Below are positions 49,408 to 57,345 of a DNA stretch of 60,541 nt, piece after piece; positions within the stretch are counted from its first letter, which is position 1, and each line of letters starts with the position of its first letter. Made by a program: the position numbers and the translations under genes. This stretch comes from an uncultured Chlorobiales bacterium (lineage in GTDB: Bacteria > Bacteroidota > Chlorobiia > Chlorobiales > Thermochlorobacteraceae): positions 1 through 60,541 of the forward strand of contig CALKXI010000053.1 in the NCBI GenBank assembly GCA_938003965.1, given 5' to 3'. Below the pieces are notes generated by a model. That model did not search any database and was not told the origin of the DNA. It worked only from the letters and a program-made list of their open reading frames with translations.

Positions 49408-51107
49408 CGCACTTCCGTCTGATAAACCGCTTGCTTTTTATCGGCTTGTTTTGGAGCGTGCTCGTCAGTGAAAGTTGGGCGCAATCCGACACAAGTTTCA
49501 CGCGCATTGCGGTCAAGCGCGACGACTCTGCAAAAGTACTCTTGCTTCAAGACACGCTCACACGCCCGTTCGGTGTGCCTGTAACCGTGTTTGGAAGAGA
49601 AGTCTTCAAAATTTTTTCGCCACTTGGAACGCTCTCGCCCGAAGAGCGCGCGGAGCGAATTAGCAAAGCCATTGAGCAACTTGCCGAAGAAGGCGTAAAT
49701 GCCGACTCGATTACGATTGTCGATAGCAAGTCACTCACCATCGTTAGAGTCGAGAATCGCAATGTGCTGACCGTTACCGACGACGACGCACTCGCACAAG
49801 AAACTACCCGACAAGCCCTTGCCGAAACCAAAGCCCGCGAACTAAGAAAGTTCTTGATGGAATATCAAGAAGAGATGTCGCTCAAACGCATTCTCATCAA
49901 TCTTGGGATTGCCGCCGTTGTGCTTGCCGCGCTCTTTGGTTTGTTTGCGCTCATCTCATTTCTAACTCAAATATCGCGAAAGTGGATTAAGAAAAACCTG
50001 CTCTCGTGGCTTCCGACGCTTAAATTTCGCGACCTCGAAATTCTCACAGCGCGTCAAGCTCTCTTCATTCTAACAGGCACGATTGGAATTATAGGATTTG
50101 TTCTGAAAGTCATCGCGACTTACATCGCGCTCACCATCATCTTCCAACGCTTCATCTGGACGCGCACTTGGGCAGAAGGCTTGCTCAACTTAGTGCTTAC
50201 GCCTGCCATCGACTTGCTCAGAAAATTTCTTGATTATATCCCAAGTTTGATTGCCATTGCGGTGATTGTCTTTGTGTTCCGCTTGCTGATTCGCTTTTCG
50301 GATTCTGTCTTTGAGCGCATCGCCGAAGGCAAACTTACCTTCGACAACTTCTATGTTGAATGGGCTGACCCAACGCGCAAAATTGTCAAGTTCGTCCTGA
50401 TTCTTTTCGCCGTGATTTTGATTTATCCCTACACACCGATTGCGGCATCGACGGCGGCGCAAGGCATTTCGATTTTTGTTGGCGTGCTTTTTTCGCTTGG
50501 CTCTACAAGTGCCATCGGCAATGTGATTGCGAGCATTGTGCTCAACTACACGCGCTCATTTCGAATCGGCGATACCGTTAGAATTGGCGACATTACGGGC
50601 GATGTGGTCGAGAAAACGGCACTTGTTATGCGCATTCGCACGCGCTACAACGAGGAAGTCTCCATTCCCAACACGACCGTTGTGGGAAGCAATGTGATGA
50701 ATTTTTCCGAAGCGGCGCGACGCGGCGAAATGCTCATTCTGCACTCGACCGTTAGCATCGGCTATGATGTGCCTTGGCGAACGGTGCATCAATTGCTCAT
50801 CGAGGCGGCATTAGCAACCGAAGACATTGAGAAAGAACCGCGCCCGTTTGTCTTTCAACTTTCGCTCAACGATAATTATCCCGTCTATGAAATCAACGCC
50901 TACACCAAAAAGCCATCGCTGTGGCTCGATACTTACACGAAATTGCATGCGAACATTCAAGACAAGTTCAACGAAGCGGGGATAGAAATTCTTTCGCCGT
51001 CGTATCACGTCAATCGGCTGTCGCAGGAAACGACCCTTCCACCGCACTATCGCGAGAAGTCTTACACGCCGCCGCCGATTGACCTTTCCATCAAAAAAAC
51101 ATCGTAA
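49404..51107 (+). CDS. mechanosensitive ion channel (MscS family), large form
   Basis: 567 aa. Signal/TM N-terminus and an MscS core (FRIGDTVRIGDITGDVVEKTALVMRIRTRYNEEVSIPNTTV). The ATG overlaps the antiporter stop (ATGA at 49404-49407). Confidence 0.8.
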   Translation: MTHFRLINRLLFIGLFWSVLVSESWAQSDTSFTRIAVKRDDSAKVLLLQDTLTRPFGVPVTVFGREVFKIFSPLGTLSPEERAERISKAIEQLAEEGVNADSITIVDSKSLTIVRVENRNVLTVTDDDALAQETTRQALAETKARELRKFLMEYQEEMSLKRILINLGIAAVVLAALFGLFALISFLTQISRKWIKKNLLSWLPTLKFRDLEILTARQALFILTGTIGIIGFVLKVIATYIALTIIFQRFIWTRTWAEGLLNLVLTPAIDLLRKFLDYIPSLIAIAVIVFVFRLLIRFSDSVFERIAEGKLTFDNFYVEWADPTRKIVKFVLILFAVILIYPYTPIAASTAAQGISIFVGVLFSLGSTSAIGNVIASIVLNYTRSFRIGDTVRIGDITGDVVEKTALVMRIRTRYNEEVSIPNTTVVGSNVMNFSEAARRGEMLILHSTVSIGYDVPWRTVHQLLIEAALATEDIEKEPRPFVFQLSLNDNYPVYEINAYTKKPSLWLDTYTKLHANIQDKFNEAGIEILSPSYHVNRLSQETTLPPHYREKSYTPPPIDLSIKKTS

Positions 51108-51119
51108 CTCTTTCGTGCT

Positions 51120-52145
51120 GTGAACAAACCCATTCATGTTTCCATCGTTGGCGCGTCAGGCTATTCGGGCGCGGAACTCGTGCGCTTCTTGATAAAACAT
51201 CAAGGCGTGCATATCGACAAACTCTTTGCGCAATCTTCGGCAGGAAAATCGCTTGCGGACCTTTATCCCGAATTTCGCAATCGCTTTGAAAAAACGTTTG
51301 AACCCTATCGCCTTGAAGCCGCGTGCGAGAGCGAATGCGTGTTCCTTGCGCTTCCATCAGGCGAAGCGATGAACCTTGTGCCGCTACTTCTTGCGCAAGG
51401 TAAAACGGTGATTGATTTAGGCGGCGATTTTCGTTTGAAGAAGGTTGAAGAATACAAGCAATTCTACAAGCACGAACACACGGCGGCGCATCTTTTGCCG
51501 ACTGCGGTTTATGGCTTAGCCGAGTGGAACGCATCGCAAATCAAATCGGCAAAACTTGTCGCCAATCCCGGCTGTTATCCGACGAGTGCGCTCTTGCCGC
51601 TTTTGCCGTTGCTCAAAGAGCGATTGATTTCTCCGTCAGGCATTGTGATTACTGCCATGTCAGGCGTTTCAGGCGCAGGACGCAAAGCCGACCTTTCGCT
51701 CTCGTTTGTGGAAGTTCATGATTCCGTCAAAGCCTATAAAGTTGCCGAGCATCAACACCTGCCTGAAATTGCGCAAACGCTTGAAGTGCTAACAGAGCAA
51801 ACCGTGTCGCTTTCGTTTGTGCCGCATTTAATTCCAATTTCGCGCGGCATTTACACCACCATTCACGCCACGCTTTCAGACGGCACAACCGAAGAAAAAA
51901 TTTTTCAGGTATATGAACGCTATTACAAGCAAAAGCCGTTTGTGCGATATTCCCACGAGTTCATTCCCGAACTAAAAGGCGTGGTCAATACAAATTTTTG
52001 CGACATTGGTTTTCGCATTTCAACGGCGACTAACCAAGTCATTTTGTGCGCGGCGATTGATAACCTCGTGAAAGGCGCGGCGGGACAAGCAATTCAAAAT
52101 TTTAACTTAATCTACGGCTTCAACGAAACGGAATCACTGCTGTGA
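51120..52145 (+). CDS. argC: N-acetyl-gamma-glutamyl-phosphate reductase
   Basis: 341 aa with a GTG start 12 nt after the mscS stop. VSIVGASGYSGAELVR and the catalytic NPGCYPT. Confidence 0.9.
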   Translation: MNKPIHVSIVGASGYSGAELVRFLIKHQGVHIDKLFAQSSAGKSLADLYPEFRNRFEKTFEPYRLEAACESECVFLALPSGEAMNLVPLLLAQGKTVIDLGGDFRLKKVEEYKQFYKHEHTAAHLLPTAVYGLAEWNASQIKSAKLVANPGCYPTSALLPLLPLLKERLISPSGIVITAMSGVSGAGRKADLSLSFVEVHDSVKAYKVAEHQHLPEIAQTLEVLTEQTVSLSFVPHLIPISRGIYTTIHATLSDGTTEEKIFQVYERYYKQKPFVRYSHEFIPELKGVVNTNFCDIGFRISTATNQVILCAAIDNLVKGAAGQAIQNFNLIYGFNETESLL

Positions 52146-52146
52146 T

Positions 52147-53361
52147 ATGATGAAACACTTTACCCACATTTCAGGTGCGATTTGCGCGCCCAAAGGCTTC
52201 AAGGCAAGTGCTGTGCAAGTGCCCATTCGCAAACTCAAAAAAGACCTTGCGCTCATTTATTCCGAAACGCCTGCAACTGTGGCGGGCGTCTTCACGCGCA
52301 ATCGCGCCGCCGCCGCGCCGATTGAAGTCTGTAAGGCGCAACTCAAAAGAAGCACAACTTGCTCGGCGATTATTGTCAATTCGGGCAACGCCAACGCATG
52401 CACGGGCGAAAAAGGCTTACAAGATGCATGGGCAATGGTGCGCAAGACGGCTGAATCGCTCGGCGTGCCTGAATCGCAAGTGATGGTTGCTTCTACGGGC
52501 GTGATTGGTCAGCCCTTGCCGATTGAGAGCATCTTGGCAGTGATTCCGCGCCTTGCGCTCTTGCTTTCAGAAAACGGCGCAAGCGATGTGGCTGAAGCGA
52601 TTATGACCACAGACCTTGCCAAAAAAGAATGTGCGATTGAATTCGAATTGGGCGGAAAACTTGTTCGCATTGGCGCGGTCGCCAAAGGCTCGGGCATGAT
52701 TGCGCCAAACATGGCAACGATGCTTGCCTTCGTTACAACCGATGTCGCCATTTCGCAACCGTTGCTTCAACAAGCGTTGAGCATGGCGAATCAAAAGTCG
52801 TTCAACCGAATCAGCGTCGATGGCGACGAAAGCACCAACGATATGGCAATGGTGCTCGCAAATGGTCGTGCAGGCAACGCCATGATTGCCGAAAACAGCA
52901 GTGAATACAAGCAGTTTCAAAGTGCTTTGGAATATGTGCTGACGGAACTTGCTAAAATGATTGTGCGCGACGGCGAAGGCGCAACGAAGTTTGTTGAAAT
53001 TACCGTCTGCGGCGCACGCACCGAACACGATGCCGAAGTGATGGCGCGAACCGTTGCCAATTCAAGTCTCGTCAAAACTGCACTGCACGGCGAAGACGCC
53101 AACTGGGGCAGAATTCTCGCCGCGCTTGGCTACTCGCGCATTGACTTCCTTCCTGAAAAAGTCGAAATCAAGTTCGGCGATGTGCCCATTCTCAATCAAA
53201 ATTTTGAAATCGTTTTAGATGAAGCCAAAGCCAAAGCCGAACTCTCAAAGCACGATGTGCGTGTCAATATCAACTTGAACTTAGGAAATGCCTCTGCCAC
53301 ATTTTGGACGTGCGACCTTTCAGAAAAATATGTGGAAATCAACGGCAGTTACCGCTCGTGA
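52147..53361 (+). CDS. argJ: bifunctional ornithine acetyltransferase / N-acetylglutamate synthase
   Basis: 404 aa. KGFKA..., NSGNANACTG, autoprocessing region PNMATMLAFVTTD, C-terminal INGSYRS. Confidence 0.9.
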   Translation: MMKHFTHISGAICAPKGFKASAVQVPIRKLKKDLALIYSETPATVAGVFTRNRAAAAPIEVCKAQLKRSTTCSAIIVNSGNANACTGEKGLQDAWAMVRKTAESLGVPESQVMVASTGVIGQPLPIESILAVIPRLALLLSENGASDVAEAIMTTDLAKKECAIEFELGGKLVRIGAVAKGSGMIAPNMATMLAFVTTDVAISQPLLQQALSMANQKSFNRISVDGDESTNDMAMVLANGRAGNAMIAENSSEYKQFQSALEYVLTELAKMIVRDGEGATKFVEITVCGARTEHDAEVMARTVANSSLVKTALHGEDANWGRILAALGYSRIDFLPEKVEIKFGDVPILNQNFEIVLDEAKAKAELSKHDVRVNINLNLGNASATFWTCDLSEKYVEINGSYRS

Positions 53362-53436
53362 AAGTTGCCTTAATTTTTAAGCAAAACCGTTTGCCTCGCC
53401 GTCAAAATTAAGCCTCATCAAAAGATTTTCGGGGAA

Positions 53437-53494
53437 TTGCAAAAAAATTTTATGCAAACTCTTGCATAATTATGCAACAACGTGCATAATTGCA
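53437..53494. promoter_or_regulatory. cluster of TGCA-core palindromes, candidate tandem ARG boxes (ArgR operator)
   Basis: TGCA cores start at 53438, 53453, 53463, 53473, 53483 and 53491, mostly 10 bp apart. TGCATAATTATGCA (53463-53476) is a perfect 14-bp palindrome. TATGCAA-ACTC-TTGCATA (53451-53468) and TTATGCA-ACAACG-TGCATAA (53470-53489) have perfect 7-bp arms. Confidence 0.55.
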
Positions 53495-53522
53495 TTGTAA
53501 CAAATTTTGAATGTGTTCAAAG

Positions 53523-53548
53523 TCCGATGTTCGTTCATCGGGCTTTTT
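53523..53548 (+). terminator. terminator-like hairpin between the candidate operator and the GNAT gene
   Basis: Stem CCGATG (53524-53529) / CATCGG (53536-53541) with a 6-nt loop, then C plus TTTTT (53544-53548). The stem is short, so its function is uncertain. Confidence 0.35.
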
Positions 53549-53595
53549 CTTTCTGTAAAAATCTGTCTGTAAAAAACCGTTCAACCGAATTACAA

Positions 53596-54093
53596 ATGCA
53601 AACAGAATATCTCGTCAGCACAGAAAAATCACTGCTCGACCTTGATGTGATTCACGGGTTTCTGACAAACTGCCATTGGGCGAAGGGCATTTCGCGCGAA
53701 CTCGTCGAGAAGTCGATTCAACATTCACTTTGCTTCGGCGTGTATGAAGTGGCGCAAGGGGTGAGAAAGCAGATTGGCTTTGCGCGTGTGATTTCGGACT
53801 TTGCCACATTTGCCTATCTCTCCGATGTCTTTGTGCTCGAATCGCATCGTGGCAACGATTTATCCAAACGCTTGCTCTCTGAAATTATGAAGCACCCTGA
53901 CCTGCAAGGGCTTCGCCGCTGGATGCTCGTTACAACCAATGCGCACGGGCTTTACGAACAATTTGGATTTTCTGCGCCGCATAACCCTGAAAAGATTATG
54001 GAAATTTTCGTGCCGAACCTTTACGAAAAACAAGCAGAGTTGCTTGGCTCACTTGAGTCTGCACAAAACTTAAACGCGCTCGTTTCTCAATGA
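53596..54093 (+). CDS. GNAT-family acetyltransferase embedded in the arg operon
   Basis: Start moved to ATG 53596 (165 aa, MQTEYLVS...). GNAT core (VFVLESHRGNDLSKRLL...HGLYEQFGF). The stop overlaps the argB ATG (ATGA at 54090-54093). Confidence 0.7.
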   Translation: MQTEYLVSTEKSLLDLDVIHGFLTNCHWAKGISRELVEKSIQHSLCFGVYEVAQGVRKQIGFARVISDFATFAYLSDVFVLESHRGNDLSKRLLSEIMKHPDLQGLRRWMLVTTNAHGLYEQFGFSAPHNPEKIMEIFVPNLYEKQAELLGSLESAQNLNALVSQ

Positions 54094-54980
54094 CAAAAGA
54101 AGAAGTGCTCATAGAAGCCTTGCCATATATCCAAACCTACGAAGGCAAAACGTTCGTCATCAAATTTGGCGGCGCGGTGATGGTCGACGAGAACTTGAAG
54201 CAGACCTTCGCCAAAGATGTAACGATGCTGAAAAAACTCGGCATTCACATCGTCGTCGTTCATGGCGGGGGCAAAGAAATCACCAAAATTGCCGATGCCT
54301 TCGGCGTTGAAACGAAGTTCATCAACGGACTGCGATACACGGACGAAAAAATGCTCGAAGCGGTTTTGATGGGCTTGTGTTCGCTCAATAAAGAAGTTGC
54401 AGGTTTAATCACAAAAAACAGCGGCAACGCGATTGGGCTTTGCGGCACCGATGCAGGTTTGATTAAAGCCAAGCCCATTCAAAGCGAAGTGGATTTAGGT
54501 TTTGTCGGCGATGTCGTGGGCGTCAACACGTCGCTCCTTGAACTGCTCGTCAAGCATGAAATGATTCCGGTTGTTGCGCCGATTGGCATGGGCGAGCGCG
54601 GCGAACTCTACAACATCAATGCCGATACCGTTGCGGCGGCGATTGCCATTGCGCTCAAAGCCGAAAAACTTGTTTATCTCTCCGACATTGAAGGCGTGAT
54701 GGTTGACGGTGCGCGCGTTCCCTCGCTCAACAAAACGCAAGCCGACGCGCTCATTGCCGAAGGCAAAATTTATGGCGGCATGATTCCCAAAGTGCAATCG
54801 GCGTTCGAGGCGATTCAATCGGGCGTCAAGAAAGTGCACTTCATTGATGGCAGAATCAAACACTCGCTCTTGCTCGAGGTCTTTACCAGCGATGGCGTTG
54901 GCACAGAAATCACCGATGAAACCGAAGTCGCGCGTTTCATCGCACACGCTATTGAAAGTGAGCACAACGGAAAAAATTAA
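54090..54980 (+). CDS. argB: acetylglutamate kinase
   Basis: 296 aa. FVIKFGGAVM, VVVHGGGKEI, NINADTVAAAIA. Confidence 0.9.
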   Translation: MTKEEVLIEALPYIQTYEGKTFVIKFGGAVMVDENLKQTFAKDVTMLKKLGIHIVVVHGGGKEITKIADAFGVETKFINGLRYTDEKMLEAVLMGLCSLNKEVAGLITKNSGNAIGLCGTDAGLIKAKPIQSEVDLGFVGDVVGVNTSLLELLVKHEMIPVVAPIGMGERGELYNINADTVAAAIAIALKAEKLVYLSDIEGVMVDGARVPSLNKTQADALIAEGKIYGGMIPKVQSAFEAIQSGVKKVHFIDGRIKHSLLLEVFTSDGVGTEITDETEVARFIAHAIESEHNGKN

Positions 54981-55007
54981 CTCAACCACAAAAACGCGAA
55001 GACACAC

Positions 55008-55964
55008 ATGAAAGACTTTCTCTCGATTTTGGATTTCACAACCGAAGAAATTTTTGACCTTTTCGACCTTGCCGACAAACTCAAATACGACAGTTCAAAG
55101 CCACTGGCGGGCAAGACGGTTGCCATGATTTTTCAGAAGCCGTCGCTCCGAACGCGCGTCTCGTTTGAGGTTGGCGTGGTGCAACTTGGTGGTCATCCGA
55201 TTAGCCTTGCGCAAGAATCGATTGGGCTTGGCAAGCGCGAAAGCGTCGCCGATGTGGCGCGGGTGCTCTCACGATACAATGATATGATTGTCGCTCGCGT
55301 CTTCGAGCATGAAATTCTCACCGAAATGGCGCACTACGCCAGCGTGCCAGTCATTAACGCGCTTTCAGACCTTTCACACCCGTGTCAAGTGTTAGCCGAT
55401 GCTTATACCTTGCGCCAACACGGCAAACTCTTTGACGGCGTGAAAGTTGTTTTCGTGGGCGATGGAAACAATGTGGCGTATTCGTGGCTTGAATTAGCGA
55501 TGCGCCTGCCGATTCACTTTGTTTTGGCGTCGCCAAAAGGCTACGAGCCGAATCGCGATATGCTACACAAGGTCCAAACAAGCGGCGTTGGCAAAGTTGA
55601 ACTCGTTCACAATCCACAAGCGGCAGTGTGGGACGCCGATGTCGTCTATGGCGATGTCTGGACAAGCATGGGGCAAGAAGCCGACAACGAGAAGCGTAAA
55701 AACGATTTCGCGCCGTATCAAATCAATTCAGAGTTGATGGGCTACGCCAAGCCTGATGCGATTTTCATGCACTGCTTGCCTGCGCATCGCGGCGAAGAAG
55801 TAACCGACGACGTCATCGACTCGCCTCAATCCGTCGTCTTTGACGAAGCCGAAAATCGACTTCACATTCAAAAAGCGATTATGACCAAACTCGTTGAGCA
55901 TCACTATGCTCCCGTATTTTCTTCAACACCAAAAGCACAGACAAAAGCCAAAAAGAAACGATGA
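55008..55964 (+). CDS. argF: ornithine carbamoyltransferase
   Basis: 318 aa. SLRTR, HPCQ, DVWTSMG (canonical ornithine SMG loop) and HCLPAHRGEE. This fits a standard OTCase rather than the acetyl- or succinyl-ornithine type. Confidence 0.9.
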   Translation: MKDFLSILDFTTEEIFDLFDLADKLKYDSSKPLAGKTVAMIFQKPSLRTRVSFEVGVVQLGGHPISLAQESIGLGKRESVADVARVLSRYNDMIVARVFEHEILTEMAHYASVPVINALSDLSHPCQVLADAYTLRQHGKLFDGVKVVFVGDGNNVAYSWLELAMRLPIHFVLASPKGYEPNRDMLHKVQTSGVGKVELVHNPQAAVWDADVVYGDVWTSMGQEADNEKRKNDFAPYQINSELMGYAKPDAIFMHCLPAHRGEEVTDDVIDSPQSVVFDEAENRLHIQKAIMTKLVEHHYAPVFSSTPKAQTKAKKKR

Positions 55965-56044
55965 ATGTATGTTTGATTTTGTTTCAACTGCTCATCACCG
56001 TCGAGACAAAACCAAGCGAACCCTTAAACCAAGTCGGGACAACT

Positions 56045-56500
56045 ATGGGAAAAGCAGAACGTCAGTTAGCCATTAAGGAGATTATCACGACAAAAGAAAT
56101 TGCAAGTCAAGAAGAACTTGCCAAAGAACTTTTGCGCAAGGGCTTTGAGGTCAATCAAGCCACGCTTTCGCGCGACATGAAAGAACTCGGCATCGCCAAA
56201 GTGATTACCGCCGACGGCGTTTGGTATGAACTTCAAACCGACAACGAAGCGCAACGCTTGAAAATGCTTCTCTCTTACGAGATTGAGTCCATTCAATCGA
56301 ACGATTGCATGGTCATCATCAAAACGCTTCGTGGCAGAGCGTCAGGCGTTGCCGAAATTCTCGACCAACTCGCGCTACCCGACATTCTCGGCACGATTGC
56401 AGGCGACGATACGATTTTCATCGCGCCGACTTCTTCAAAGAAAATTCCGACCATTATCAAACGCATTAAAGAGGCGGTGCTTCAAACGGAGGAAAAGTGA
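56045..56500 (+). CDS. argR: arginine repressor
   Basis: Start set at ATG 56045 (151 aa). Winged-helix N-terminus (QEELAKELLRKGFEVNQATLSRDMKELG) and C-terminal GTIAGDDTIFI. The track start at 55961 adds a hydrophobic extension that is not ArgR-like. Confidence 0.85.
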   Translation: MGKAERQLAIKEIITTKEIASQEELAKELLRKGFEVNQATLSRDMKELGIAKVITADGVWYELQTDNEAQRLKMLLSYEIESIQSNDCMVIIKTLRGRASGVAEILDQLALPDILGTIAGDDTIFIAPTSSKKIPTIIKRIKEAVLQTEEK

Positions 56501-56631
56501 GTCAATATCGCGACCGAATTACGCTTAACCCGAATGTTGTGTGCAATGGTAAAAAGACACCAAAACAACAAGCAACCCAACAAAAAAGAGTAAATTTGAA
56601 CTTTATAAAATAACATTAGCAAGAAAATATA

Positions 56632-57146
56632 ATGATACTTTGGAATAACGACACTGAAATACAATTTTTTACAGAAGCATTAAAGAATTTTGCTTCGCCC
56701 GAACAATTATTTTACAATTTGCAGGGTGGATATTTTGCATATGTTCCAAAGGGTTCAGACGCTAAAGGGCAAACCTTACAAAGCAGAAATTCACTTATTG
56801 GACAGTTCACAGAAAAATGGTGTAAAACACTATTTTTGAGCCAATAGCGAAAGAATTAGGATTATATGCTGTAAATGGTGTTATTAGTTTCCAAATAATT
56901 TTAGATAAATATCAACTCTTTAACAATTGCAAAGAACTTGTGACCAATGATATGAATTACTTTTCTTCAATGATTTCCAAATTGAAACTTGGAGAAATTA
57001 TAAGAATTGCCAGACAAGAAACCACAGACATTGCAAAAGCAGAAAAATGTTTTAGACTTGTGGGCGTTTCCCTTTCGGGTCGGGCTATCCGTTACAAGTA
57101 CTCGCTTTTGACTTTTATCCCTAATACAGTAAAAAATGAAGCATAG
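56632..57146 (+). pseudogene. frameshifted ORF of unknown family (two fragments, 56632-56847 and 56826/56940-57146)
   Basis: Frame 1 stops at TAG 56845-56847. Frame 0 is open from 56826 to 57146. The frames meet at a T5 run (56833-56837); a T6 run would read ...FTEKWCKTLFFEPIAKELGLYAVNGV... as one ORF of about 170 aa. Confidence 0.5.
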
Positions 57147-57345
57147 TATGGAAAATAAGAATTTTGAAGTTAAAATCTACTATACAGGATTTTGCACTTA
57201 CATTATTGAAGCACAAGATGCTTCAGAAGCAATTTTAAAGGCAAGAAACCTTCCGGTTAATCATAATGAAATTTTATCCAATTTGGAAAATTGGGAAGAC
57301 GCAGACACAGCAGCAGAAATAAAAGATGAAGAAAGTAAAATCTAA
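57136..57345 (+). CDS. small acidic hypothetical protein
   Basis: 69 aa with an acidic tail (ENWEDADTAAEIKDEESKI). Overlaps the end of the broken ORF by 11 nt and the HNH gene start by 20 nt. No recognisable motif. Confidence 0.35.
   Translation: MKHSMENKNFEVKIYYTGFCTYIIEAQDASEAILKARNLPVNHNEILSNLENWEDADTAAEIKDEESKI

Noticed and set aside
50944-50961. TTGCATGCGAACATTCAA inside the 3' part of mscS, looked at as a possible ARG box for argC.
   Set aside because: The half-sites are separated by 6 nt rather than 4, it is a single copy, and it lies about 170 nt upstream of argC inside coding sequence. A chance match is more likely.
56578-56586. 9-bp direct repeat CAACAAAAA at 56578-56586 and 59234-59242 bracketing the island, considered as a possible target-site duplication.
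   Set aside because: It is short and A-rich, so a chance occurrence is plausible, and no associated inverted repeats or recombinase gene were found. It is kept only as a note inside the island finding.
57056-57099. Locally GC-rich patch (GGGCGTTTCCCTTTCGGGTCGGGCTATCCGTT) flanked by ACTTGT/ACAAGT, inside the AT-rich broken ORF. Considered as a small RNA or repeat-element fragment.
   Set aside because: The closing stem is only 6 bp and the internal pairing is weak. There is a single copy in the window, and I cannot tie it to a known element without a database search.
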